Shown piece after piece: positions 10,413 through 19,262 of a stretch of 64,000 nt of DNA. Position 1 is the first letter of the stretch, and each line of letters starts with the position of its first letter. The notes under the pieces are model-generated. The model was not told the origin of the DNA. It ran no database searches and saw only the letters and a list, made by a program, of their open reading frames with translations. Source of the DNA: Acidobacteriota bacterium (lineage in GTDB: Bacteria > Acidobacteriota > CAIWXX01); the NCBI GenBank assembly GCA_040755995.1, contig JBFMAF010000040.1:32001-96000 (forward strand), read 5' to 3'. Made by a program: the position numbers and the translations under genes.

Positions 10413-11873
10413 ATGAATCAGGCCATTGTAGTGGATCCGAGAAGGCAACGGGCGCTCATTCTGAGCGTCGCGTTTGCGTCGTTCATGGTGAACCTCGACA
10501 CCTACATCGTGAACATCAGCCTGCCCGCTATCACCGACTACTTCGACGCCACCACCAGCGAGGTGTCGTGGGTGTCCCTCACGTATAACCTTACGGTAGC
10601 CAGCCTGTTGCTGATATTTGGGAAACTCGGCGACCGTGTTGGAATGAAGAAGCTCTTCATGTACGGCTATGCTGTCTTCACGGCCAGCTCGCTGCTCTGC
10701 GGCCTCTCCACGCACATGAGCTGGCTGCTTGCGGGCCGATGCTTGCAGGGGATCGGCGCGTCGGTGCTGTACGCCATGACGCCGGCGATGATCTCGAAGT
10801 TCCTGCCGAAGGAGATCCGAGGTGTTGCGTTCGGTACGCTCGCCACCGTGGCCGCGCTGGGGATAACGGTTGCTGCGCCGCTAGGCGGGCTGCTGACCGG
10901 GCTTCTCTCATGGCACTGGATTTTTCTCATCAATATTCCAACCGGAGTCGTCGCGATCATCGTGTGTCACTGGGTGGTCCCCCAGGACTCCCCTGAGACC
11001 GGGGCGTCAGGATGCTTTGACATCGCCGGAGCCGTGCTCAGCTTCACCGCGGCACTCACCTTGGTCTTCACTATGAACCAGGGGCACGAGACGGGCTGGG
11101 CATCCTCGGTAATCGTCAGCTCTTTCCTCCTCTCTGTGCTCTCTTTCGTCCTGTTTCTCCTCCGGGAGCGGTCGGCTGCCACACCGTTGCTCGAGCTCCG
11201 CCTCTTCAGCAATCTGGCCTTCACGCTGGGAAATCTGGCGAGCGTGCTGGCTTTTGCCTTTCTCGCCGGCCACAATTTCCTCCTCCCGTTCTATCTCACT
11301 CTGGTAGCCGGCATGCGGATCGAGAAGGCCGGTGCGATATATCTCATCTACTCGCTGGTCTACATGGCGGTGGGCCCGGCGGCGGGCAGAATCTCGAAGC
11401 GCGTCCCGCCTCGCACTCTCTGCACTGCTTCGATGATCCTCGGCGCCTTTACCGCCTTCGGCTTTGCCGTCTCGCTCTCGCTTCCGGCCCTGTGGCCTGT
11501 GATGACGTACCTGGTGCTCCTCGGCGTCACCTTCGGTCTCTTCGTCACGTCGAACAACACCGTAGTCATGGACATGGCCCCCGATGGAAAACAAGGGATG
11601 GTGTCCGGCGTCTACCGTATGTTTAACCGGCTCGGCATGACCTTCGGCGTGTGCTTCTTCGAGACCGTGTTCTCCCACCTGCTGGCCGTCCACACGATGG
11701 CCGGCAAGGTGGACTACGAGACGCTTCCCCGGGCCCTTCTCGCGCGAGGATTCAAGTACAGCTATCTCGCCGGCGCGGCGGTGCTTTTCGTCGCGATGGC
11801 ATTCTCATGGCTCGCCAGGTCGCGCCCGCCGACGGGAGTTTCTCGGGGGACAGCTTCTGCAGCCGTTGGGTGA
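10413..11873 (+). CDS. MFS drug:H+ antiporter (DHA2, EmrB/QacA-like)
   Basis: LDTYIVNISLP, GKLGDRVG, WHWIFLINIPTG, multiple TM helices. Confidence 0.92.
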   Translation: MNQAIVVDPRRQRALILSVAFASFMVNLDTYIVNISLPAITDYFDATTSEVSWVSLTYNLTVASLLLIFGKLGDRVGMKKLFMYGYAVFTASSLLCGLSTHMSWLLAGRCLQGIGASVLYAMTPAMISKFLPKEIRGVAFGTLATVAALGITVAAPLGGLLTGLLSWHWIFLINIPTGVVAIIVCHWVVPQDSPETGASGCFDIAGAVLSFTAALTLVFTMNQGHETGWASSVIVSSFLLSVLSFVLFLLRERSAATPLLELRLFSNLAFTLGNLASVLAFAFLAGHNFLLPFYLTLVAGMRIEKAGAIYLIYSLVYMAVGPAAGRISKRVPPRTLCTASMILGAFTAFGFAVSLSLPALWPVMTYLVLLGVTFGLFVTSNNTVVMDMAPDGKQGMVSGVYRMFNRLGMTFGVCFFETVFSHLLAVHTMAGKVDYETLPRALLARGFKYSYLAGAAVLFVAMAFSWLARSRPPTGVSRGTASAAVG

Positions 11874-12049
11874 TGTCAGGAATTGCTATCGGCTGCATGG
11901 AACTTCCCTCCATTCCGAATATGCCACGGCGCGCCGCCTGAGACGAGCCCTGGGCCACACTGGCGACACCGGCGGGCCCCGGGCTCGGGCTCCGTCGTTA
12001 GGCGGCGATGCAGCTGCAATCGTGATATAGTAGGAGAAGAGGGTTTGCG

Positions 12050-12310
12050 ATGGGAGCAACCGTCGTATCAGTCGAGATACCAAGAGACATACTCGAGTCC
12101 GCGCGTCTGTCTGGTGCAGAGTTGAAGGTTGAGCTCGCTGTACATCTGTATGCACAGGGCCGTCTCTCAATCGGCAAGGCACGTGAGCTTGCCGGGATGT
12201 CTCTCTGGGAGTTCCGGCAGGTTTTGGGGTCCCGCCGGATACCCGCCCACTATGACGAGTGCGACCTGCGTGCGGATCAGGTTGTTCTCCATGGTGGCGA
12301 TCGACCTTGA
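12050..12310 (+). CDS. UPF0175-family antitoxin
   Basis: LAVHLYAQGRLSIGKARELAGMSLWEF pattern; directly upstream of a DUF3368-like gene. Confidence 0.85.
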   Translation: MGATVVSVEIPRDILESARLSGAELKVELAVHLYAQGRLSIGKARELAGMSLWEFRQVLGSRRIPAHYDECDLRADQVVLHGGDRP

Positions 12311-12831
12311 TCGTCGTCTGTGATACATCGCCATTGACCAACCTGGCGGCGGTCGGACATTTCGACCTGCTCCGACAGATCTTCGATCGCCTCCACGTCG
12401 CATCGGGAGTGCTGACTGAGCTTACGGCTGGCGTGACTGCGTGCCCCGGACATACGGAGACCATGTAGGCAGCGTGGATAGAAAATCACGAGGTGCGCAA
12501 TCGGGCGCTGGTAACCGTACTTGAGCGGGATCTGGATCTCGGCGAGTCGGAGTCGATCGCCCTGGCAGTGGATCTCACGGCGGATTTGGTGCCTCTTGAT
12601 GAAAAGGAGGCCAGACGGGAGGCGGAGAGGTTGGGCCTGAACGTGATGGGGGTTGTAGGCGTCCTCTTGGAAGCGAAAGCACGTGGCCTTGTTAGCGCTG
12701 TGCGACCGCTCCTCGATTCGCTACGTCACGACGCTGGATTCTGGCTGAGCGATGCGGTATATCAATCGGCCCTGGGGCTGGCCGGCGAGTCCGCGGGAGC
12801 ACAGTCGCCCGACGAGCAGCCCAGCAGCTGA
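12307..12831 (+). pseudogene. DUF3368 PIN-domain toxin interrupted by in-frame TAG
   Basis: TTG start IVVCDTSPL..., TAG at 12466-12468, same frame continues LDLGESESIALA..LDEKEARREA..GVVGVL. Confidence 0.82.
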
Positions 12832-12950
12832 ATCGCCTTGACGGCGAGCACAACCGGGCGTATACCACCACCAGAGAGATCGCCGCAGCCGCCCGCGAGG
12901 TGATGTGTGCGATGGCGGTCTCTCATCGATCAAGCATCAGGAGGACAAAG

Positions 12951-14831
12951 TTGGGCACGTACAAAGGCGTTGCATCGCGATCGGCAGAGGCGTGCTTGCG
13001 GACCCCGATGCGCATCGGCAAACCACGTGAACGCCGGCTGCTCCCGGGCGCACTGCTGCTCGCCGCCGCCTCGTCGGCGCTGGGAGCCCCGTCCAGGATC
13101 GCTGAGATCAAGACGTACGGCTGCTTCGAGACGGCCGGAGTCATCATCAAGGTCGACAAGATGGATTTCGACGAGACGGCCTCAATCGAGTATCGCCGGT
13201 CCGGCGAGACCGCCTACAAGCGGGGACACGACTTCGTGCGATACGATGGGAACCACATGGCCACTAGCCTCTTCGGACTCCAACTGAACAGCACTTACGA
13301 AATTCGGGCGACGCTGGCCGATCCTGACGGAACCATGGGCAAAAACCCGCAGACATCGACCGTCAAGACCAGGGCCGAGTACGCTCTGCCCAACCCGGTC
13401 CGCACCGTCAACGTCTCCTCCCAGCAGCAGCTCGACGCGGCGGTTCGAAACGCCAGGCCGGGCGACGAGATCAGGCTGGCCGCCGGCACCTACTCCGGCG
13501 GCATACACATCTTCGGCAAGTCAGGGAACGCCGCCCACCCGATCGTTTTCACCTCGCAAGGCACGGTGCGCGCAGTCGTCCAGGGGACGAGCGATGGAGG
13601 CGTCCAGCTCGAGAACGCGAACTACTACGTTCTCGACAACCTCGAGATTCACAACGAGAAGGGCGACGGCGTTTACATCAGGGGCTCTCATGACATTGTC
13701 ATCCGTCGCTGCTACATCCACGACAGCCTGCCCGGGGACTACACCAGTAACGTCACGATCCAGCACAGTGAAGAGGCGAATCCGCCGTACGCAGGCAACC
13801 ACCTGATCATGGACAACGTCATCGGTGACGACAAGCACGACCCGGTGGACGAGAACCAGGGACCGGGGCCCAGCTACGAGAACACGCCGGGCCAGTCCTA
13901 CTTCGGCATCAGCATGTTCTACCAGCCCGGGGCCTTCGTCACGATCCGGGGGAACACCATCTACGGTGTCGTCGACGGCATCCATCCGGCGGGGGACGAA
14001 GGCGGCGAGCCCGTGCTGGGTCCGGACGACAAGGATGTGCTCGACACCTGGAGGGACCAGAATCTCGACCTCTACGACAACGTGATCTGCGACTGCAAGG
14101 ACGACGCGATCGAGTGCGACGGCCACATCACGAATGGCCGCATCTTCAGGAACCGGATCGGCAAGTGCGAGAACGCGATCACGACCTCACCCTTCTACCC
14201 GGGGCCTCTCTTCGTCCTCCGGAATTTCATCCACGGATTTCACCAGGGGTGCCTCAAGCAGAACACAGGGGTGGAGGGCATCACGAGGAAGGTCTTTTTC
14301 TATCATAACACCATCATGGAGAAGACCCGCGCGTCACGGCCGCATTGCGAAAGCGAATACTGTCTGTATCGGGGCGAGCCCGCGCTGCAGCAGGATTTCG
14401 TTTACAAGAACAACGTCTTCTTCGCGCGCGGCCGCGTCTACAACGGCGACATGTACACGGAGGACAACTACCACAAGAACGACGTCTTCGATTACAACTT
14501 GATGTACAGCACGCGCCAGACAGATCGCGAGGTCGCGTACAAGTGGGTTTGCGAATACGGCGATCCGCTCAACAACACGCGCTATGAGACGATGGCGGCG
14601 TTCAGAGCGGCGGTGAAGCAGGAGACGCACGGGAAGTGGGCCAATCCGCGCCTCCGCACGAACCTCCTGCCGGGCTACCCCGCGAGCTCCAAGCTTCTCG
14701 ACCTGCGCCTGAAGCCCGGCTCACCCGCAATCGACGCGGGTGTCGTCATCCCGGGGATCAACGACGCCTACTCCGGCGCCGCTCCGGATATCGGCGCAGA
14801 TGAGACGATGCCTGGGCGCACCTCGCAGTAG
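12951..14831 (+). CDS. Secreted right-handed parallel beta-helix (pectin lyase-like) protein
   Basis: Signal peptide, FN3-like segment, ARPGDEIRLAAGTY, beta-helix repeats, SPAIDAG..APDIGA tail; TTG start after GGAGG. Confidence 0.82.
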   Translation: MGTYKGVASRSAEACLRTPMRIGKPRERRLLPGALLLAAASSALGAPSRIAEIKTYGCFETAGVIIKVDKMDFDETASIEYRRSGETAYKRGHDFVRYDGNHMATSLFGLQLNSTYEIRATLADPDGTMGKNPQTSTVKTRAEYALPNPVRTVNVSSQQQLDAAVRNARPGDEIRLAAGTYSGGIHIFGKSGNAAHPIVFTSQGTVRAVVQGTSDGGVQLENANYYVLDNLEIHNEKGDGVYIRGSHDIVIRRCYIHDSLPGDYTSNVTIQHSEEANPPYAGNHLIMDNVIGDDKHDPVDENQGPGPSYENTPGQSYFGISMFYQPGAFVTIRGNTIYGVVDGIHPAGDEGGEPVLGPDDKDVLDTWRDQNLDLYDNVICDCKDDAIECDGHITNGRIFRNRIGKCENAITTSPFYPGPLFVLRNFIHGFHQGCLKQNTGVEGITRKVFFYHNTIMEKTRASRPHCESEYCLYRGEPALQQDFVYKNNVFFARGRVYNGDMYTEDNYHKNDVFDYNLMYSTRQTDREVAYKWVCEYGDPLNNTRYETMAAFRAAVKQETHGKWANPRLRTNLLPGYPASSKLLDLRLKPGSPAIDAGVVIPGINDAYSGAAPDIGADETMPGRTSQ

Positions 14832-15097
14832 GCCGAACAGGGCATGCATGAATCGCTGATGCGGTGGACCCGGAGGAACCGTAGTAGAAGCATGAGCGTG
14901 GAGGCAGGCTGCGCCTGCGACGGGCAAATGGACCTGGCGATCACCGCAGGCGCCACGAGACGCCGCGCTGGTCGAGGTCGCCGCCTACCTAAATCCGCCG
15001 AACAAGCATCGACCATGCGGCTTCGACGTCGTCGCCAGACGCGGCTGGGTCCGAGACGCCCAGCTCAGTGACCCGACGCCATCGCCGGAGGCGGACC

Positions 15098-15162
15098 TAT
15101 ACAGCGCGTCATGAGTCCACAGCCGATTCAACGGGTCGATGCAATGTATGACGCGCTGTGTT
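15098..15162. mobile_element. 65-bp MITE-like element, copy 1
   Basis: TATACAGCGCGTCAT...ATGACGCGCTGTGTT; 54/65 identical by hand alignment to reverse complement of 57962-58026. Confidence 0.7.
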
Positions 15163-15254
15163 CGCAGGGGTGGCCCCAGGCCTTGCATCTGCGGCCATTC
15201 GGCCGCGCAAGGCCCGAGCCCTCCCCCGGAAGCCCCACGGGCATACCGCGCGAC

Positions 15255-18200
15255 TTATGTCGCGCTGTATAACGGTGGCAGGGCCTTTGACTTCAACCCT
15301 TCGTTGATCTTCGGGAGGGAGGCGCTCATTAGCGCATCGAATTCCTTCGCGACGTCATCCAGCTGGCGTTGAAGCACTTCGATGCGTTCCATCTGATACT
15401 GAGCCGGGCGACCCTCGTACGACATGATCGAGCCGTAGAGCGAATCGGCGTGCTCGCGCAATCGTTCCTCGCCGGTGATAGCGCCGCCCTCCTTGGTCGC
15501 GACGATCTTTTTCCGGATCGCGTCTGCCTGCGCTGAGAAGTCCTCGATCTCCTTGCGCAAGGCGTCCGTCGTCGGCAGCTTCCCGGCCGACTGACCGGCC
15601 ATGACGCGAGCGGCCGTGATCCGGTCCACCAGGTCGCTCATAGCGCCGAACAGTCCGTGCACGCGCATGGCTGCGTCGAACTGCGCCTTGCGATCTTCGA
15701 CCGTGAACGTTGCGCGGCGGTCGAGTCCTATCTCGAGCTTCGTCTCGTAGACGTCCTCTCCCTTGGTCAGGCGTACGGTGTAGGTGCCTGGAACGACGCG
15801 CGGCCCGCGGGAGGAGCCGAAGGCGACCTGAGCCGCCTTGGGCACGCGCGGCGGAGGAACGTTCATCCCCCACGTCACCTGGTTGATGCCCCGGCGCTTG
15901 CTCGCCGGGATCGTATCGATCGTCTTCCCATCGGGCCCCAGGATCTCCAGCTTGATCGGGCCGAAGAGGTGGCGAGTGCGCTGGTAGTAGGTGATCATGG
16001 CGCCGCCCGGCGGGTTCTCCCCGAAGTACGTTGCGTCGCCTTCGGACCAGCCTCCCATGCCGCGGATGCGCTGCGTGATGGGTCTGGTCGAGAGGAAGGC
16101 GGCATCCTTCAGCAGCAGTTCGTCCGTCAGATCGCGCAGAGGAGTAATGTCGTCCACGATCCGGATGCCGCGCCCGTGAGTCGCGAGCACCAGGTCGTTG
16201 TCGCGGGCCTGGATGGCGATGTCACGCACGGCGACGCTGGGGAATTCACCGCCCTTGAACTCGGCCCACTGCTTCCCACCGTCGATCGTGATCCACAGGC
16301 CGAATTCGGTGCCGACGAAGAGCAGGTCACGCTTGAACGTGTCCTCTTTGACCACGTGCGCATAGCCGCGAAGACCTTGCTCGGGACCTGCGATCTTTGC
16401 CCAGGTCTTGCCGTAGTCGGTTGTCCTGTAAACATACGGCGCCATGTCGCCGAATGTGTGCCGATCGAAGGTCGCATAGGCGGTGGCGGCGTCATAGCGG
16501 CTGGCCTCGATCCACGATACCCATGAATTCTTCGGCAGCCCCTTCACGTTGGCGGCGACGTTTGTCCAGCTCTTCCCGCCGTCGCGCGTCAGCTGCACAT
16601 TTCCGTCGTCAGTGCCGACCCAGATCACCTGTCCGTCACGCGGCGATTCGGAGATCGAGTAGATAGTGGTGTGCATTTCGGCCGAGGAGTTGTCCACGGT
16701 AATGCCGCCGGACAGCTCCTGCTTCTGCTTCTCTGCATCGTTCGTGGTCAAATCCGGCGAAATGCGTTCCCATGTGTGCCCATGGTCGCGCGAGCGGAAG
16801 AGGAACTGGGCGCCGATGTAGATCGTCCCCTTTTCGTTTGGGCTCATGTGGATGGGTGTATTCCAGTTGAAGCGCAGCCTCTCCTGGTAGCCGGCCTGGG
16901 GCTGAATGCGGCGGGCGTCGCGCGTCTTCCGGTTGAACCGCGCGATCTCGCCGCCCTGCGTCTCGGCGTAGACGTAGTCGGGGTCGGCGGGGTCGGAGAA
17001 CACCCAGAAGCCGTCGCCGTACAGCACGCTCTCCCAGCGCGAGTTCGTGATGCCGCCCGGGTACTCGGAGTCTCCGATCCAATTCGTGTTGTCCTGCAGA
17101 CCGCCGTATACCTGGTAGGGATCCCTGTCGTCCGCGCTCACGTGATAGAACTGACCGAGCGGCAGGTTCATCGCCATCCACCAGCGGTTGCCTCCGTCGT
17201 ACGAAATCCAGAGCCCTCCGTCGTCGCCGCCGATCACGTGCTTGGGATTCTCCGGGTCGATCCAGAGGTCATGCCAGTCGCCATGGGCGCCGCCGCCAGT
17301 GTCGCTAAAGCTCTTGCCGCCGTCCTCGCTCACGATTAGCCCGCCATTCGGCTTGAAGAGCCGGTCGGGATTCGTCGGGTCGACCACCAGCTTGGCGAAG
17401 TAGAACGGCCGCCATACCATCATCTGGCTCTTGTCGCGCTTCTCCCAGGTCGCGCCGCCATCGTCCGAGCGATACAGAGCGGAGTCCACTCCTTCGATGA
17501 AGGCGTACACGATCTTGTTGTTCGACGGGGCGAACGTGACCTCGATGCGCCCGTAAGGCTTCGGCGGCAGACCGTTCTTCCCCGCATCGAGCTCTGTCCA
17601 GGTCGCTCCACCATCTTCGGACCTGAAGAGGCCGCTGCCGCTTGGACCATCAGGTCCGTTGCCGCCGGATCGGAATGTCCAGCCCTTGCGCCGGAAGTCC
17701 CAGAGCGCCGCAAAGAGTGTGTCGGGATTCTGGGGATCCATCGTGACGGCGGAGCAACCTGTCGAGAGATTCTTGCCTGCAAGAACCAACTTCCAGCTCT
17801 TGCCCCCGTCGGCGGTCTTGTACAGCCCGCGCTCAGCGGAATCGCTCCACAACTTCCCCGGCACAGCCGCGTACACCACGTCGCTGTTCTTGGGATGGAC
17901 CACGATCTGGCTGATCCGTTCGGACTCCTTCAGGCCCAGGTTTGTCCACGTCTCACCCCCGTCGGTCGACCTGTAGATCCCGTCGCCAATCGAGACCGAA
18001 TTGCGTACCCAGGACTCGCCCGTGCCCACCCAGATAACATCGGGATTGGACGGGTCGACGGTCACCGCGCCGATGGATTGCACCGGGTTCTTGTCGAAAA
18101 CCGGCTTGAAGGTCGTTCCGCCGTCCTCGGACTTCCACACGCCGCCGCTGGCGGCTCCTACGTAAATCAGCGTCTTGCCGCCACGGTTGGCCGCGGCGAG

Positions 18201-18377
18201 CGCCGCGATGCGGCCGCTCATCCTGGCCGAGCCGATGTCGCGCGCTCTGAGACCGGAGATGACACCGGCATCGAACCGCGCCGGCGGCAGGGCGGCCTTG
18301 CTTTGCGCCGCGATCTGCGAGGATGTCGAGCAGAGGACCGCCGTCCAGAGTGCCGTGATCAGGTGGGTGAGTCTCAT
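15255..18377 (-). CDS. VPS10/sortilin-like BNR-repeat beta-propeller protein (glycosyl hydrolase-like)
   Basis: Many SxDGGxTW Asp-box repeats, SGRIAAL start, GGLQDN, signal peptide. Confidence 0.9.
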   Translation of the reverse strand: MRLTHLITALWTAVLCSTSSQIAAQSKAALPPARFDAGVISGLRARDIGSARMSGRIAALAAANRGGKTLIYVGAASGGVWKSEDGGTTFKPVFDKNPVQSIGAVTVDPSNPDVIWVGTGESWVRNSVSIGDGIYRSTDGGETWTNLGLKESERISQIVVHPKNSDVVYAAVPGKLWSDSAERGLYKTADGGKSWKLVLAGKNLSTGCSAVTMDPQNPDTLFAALWDFRRKGWTFRSGGNGPDGPSGSGLFRSEDGGATWTELDAGKNGLPPKPYGRIEVTFAPSNNKIVYAFIEGVDSALYRSDDGGATWEKRDKSQMMVWRPFYFAKLVVDPTNPDRLFKPNGGLIVSEDGGKSFSDTGGGAHGDWHDLWIDPENPKHVIGGDDGGLWISYDGGNRWWMAMNLPLGQFYHVSADDRDPYQVYGGLQDNTNWIGDSEYPGGITNSRWESVLYGDGFWVFSDPADPDYVYAETQGGEIARFNRKTRDARRIQPQAGYQERLRFNWNTPIHMSPNEKGTIYIGAQFLFRSRDHGHTWERISPDLTTNDAEKQKQELSGGITVDNSSAEMHTTIYSISESPRDGQVIWVGTDDGNVQLTRDGGKSWTNVAANVKGLPKNSWVSWIEASRYDAATAYATFDRHTFGDMAPYVYRTTDYGKTWAKIAGPEQGLRGYAHVVKEDTFKRDLLFVGTEFGLWITIDGGKQWAEFKGGEFPSVAVRDIAIQARDNDLVLATHGRGIRIVDDITPLRDLTDELLLKDAAFLSTRPITQRIRGMGGWSEGDATYFGENPPGGAMITYYQRTRHLFGPIKLEILGPDGKTIDTIPASKRRGINQVTWGMNVPPPRVPKAAQVAFGSSRGPRVVPGTYTVRLTKGEDVYETKLEIGLDRRATFTVEDRKAQFDAAMRVHGLFGAMSDLVDRITAARVMAGQSAGKLPTTDALRKEIEDFSAQADAIRKKIVATKEGGAITGEERLREHADSLYGSIMSYEGRPAQYQMERIEVLQRQLDDVAKEFDALMSASLPKINEGLKSKALPPLYSAT

Positions 18378-19135
18378 CGTTGCTTCTCCCCTCCGGCCGG
18401 CGCGGCCGGGAAATGGAAGAGCGCGTCATCCAAATCGACTTTTGTTTCCACTTTCTCAATCATCAGCTTGTACCCTTTAGGCTGGCCCTTCGCACCGATC
18501 TCGATTGAGAACGGCATGTAAACCCCGCTGACCAGCTCGTAGTCACCGAGGTCCGTTTCGACAATCTCTTCGACCCCGCGTCTCCTGGTCTGGTCGATTT
18601 CGCGGATCTCGAGAAAGTAGTCCGGATCGAGATAGATGTATCTGATGTCGCCGTCCTTGAACGTGACCTTGATCTTGTGGGCTTCGGTGCCGTCGACGTC
18701 TTCGGTGCCCAGATGCTCGACGAGATTGCCTTTCGACTTGTAGTCCACCAGCGGTCCGTCCATGTCAGCCATCCGCTTCAGGCCCTTCGCGTCGTCGGCC
18801 GACATCTGCTCGGGGTCCATTCGGCCCCCGTACGGTGATATCTGCCAGCCGACGCCGCCATCGTAGGCTGTGACAGCGGTGAGTCCCTGCCAGATCACCT
18901 CCGTGCGCACCATCCCCGGACGCTTCATTAACCGTGTTGTGTTCAGGACAAGGGCCGAGCCGCGAGAGCCCATTCGAACCTTGCCCGTTGCCCGAATCGA
19001 CGTGATCGCCCGGATCTTGTCGATCCCGCCTCTGGCCTCGACATTCCTGGCGATCAGCTCGTCCACCGTGAGCGCCTTCGCGCTCCCACCGGCCAAGAGC
19101 ATCAACGCAACCGCGAGCCCGCTAGACAGACGCAT
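18374..19135 (-). CDS. LolA-like outer membrane lipoprotein-sorting family protein
   Basis: TVDELIARNVEARGG, AYDG, DMDGPL, LDDALF motifs; overlaps downstream VPS10 gene. Confidence 0.72.
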   Translation of the reverse strand: MRLSSGLAVALMLLAGGSAKALTVDELIARNVEARGGIDKIRAITSIRATGKVRMGSRGSALVLNTTRLMKRPGMVRTEVIWQGLTAVTAYDGGVGWQISPYGGRMDPEQMSADDAKGLKRMADMDGPLVDYKSKGNLVEHLGTEDVDGTEAHKIKVTFKDGDIRYIYLDPDYFLEIREIDQTRRRGVEEIVETDLGDYELVSGVYMPFSIEIGAKGQPKGYKLMIEKVETKVDLDDALFHFPAAPAGGEKQR

Positions 19136-19262
19136 GCACACACCTCCCGCTTCATCGTCGTCTCCGCACAAGAGAAGAATACGTTGCCGGAACGAAGAAG
19201 TTCACGGCGGCTCGCGCCGTTGTCGAGCCCGCTTCTTGTCGCGGCGTGGTGAACGGCCGGCC

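Noticed and set aside
12466..12468. Pyrrolysine readthrough
   Set aside because: No pyl genes in the window and TAG is used as a normal stop in many genes here
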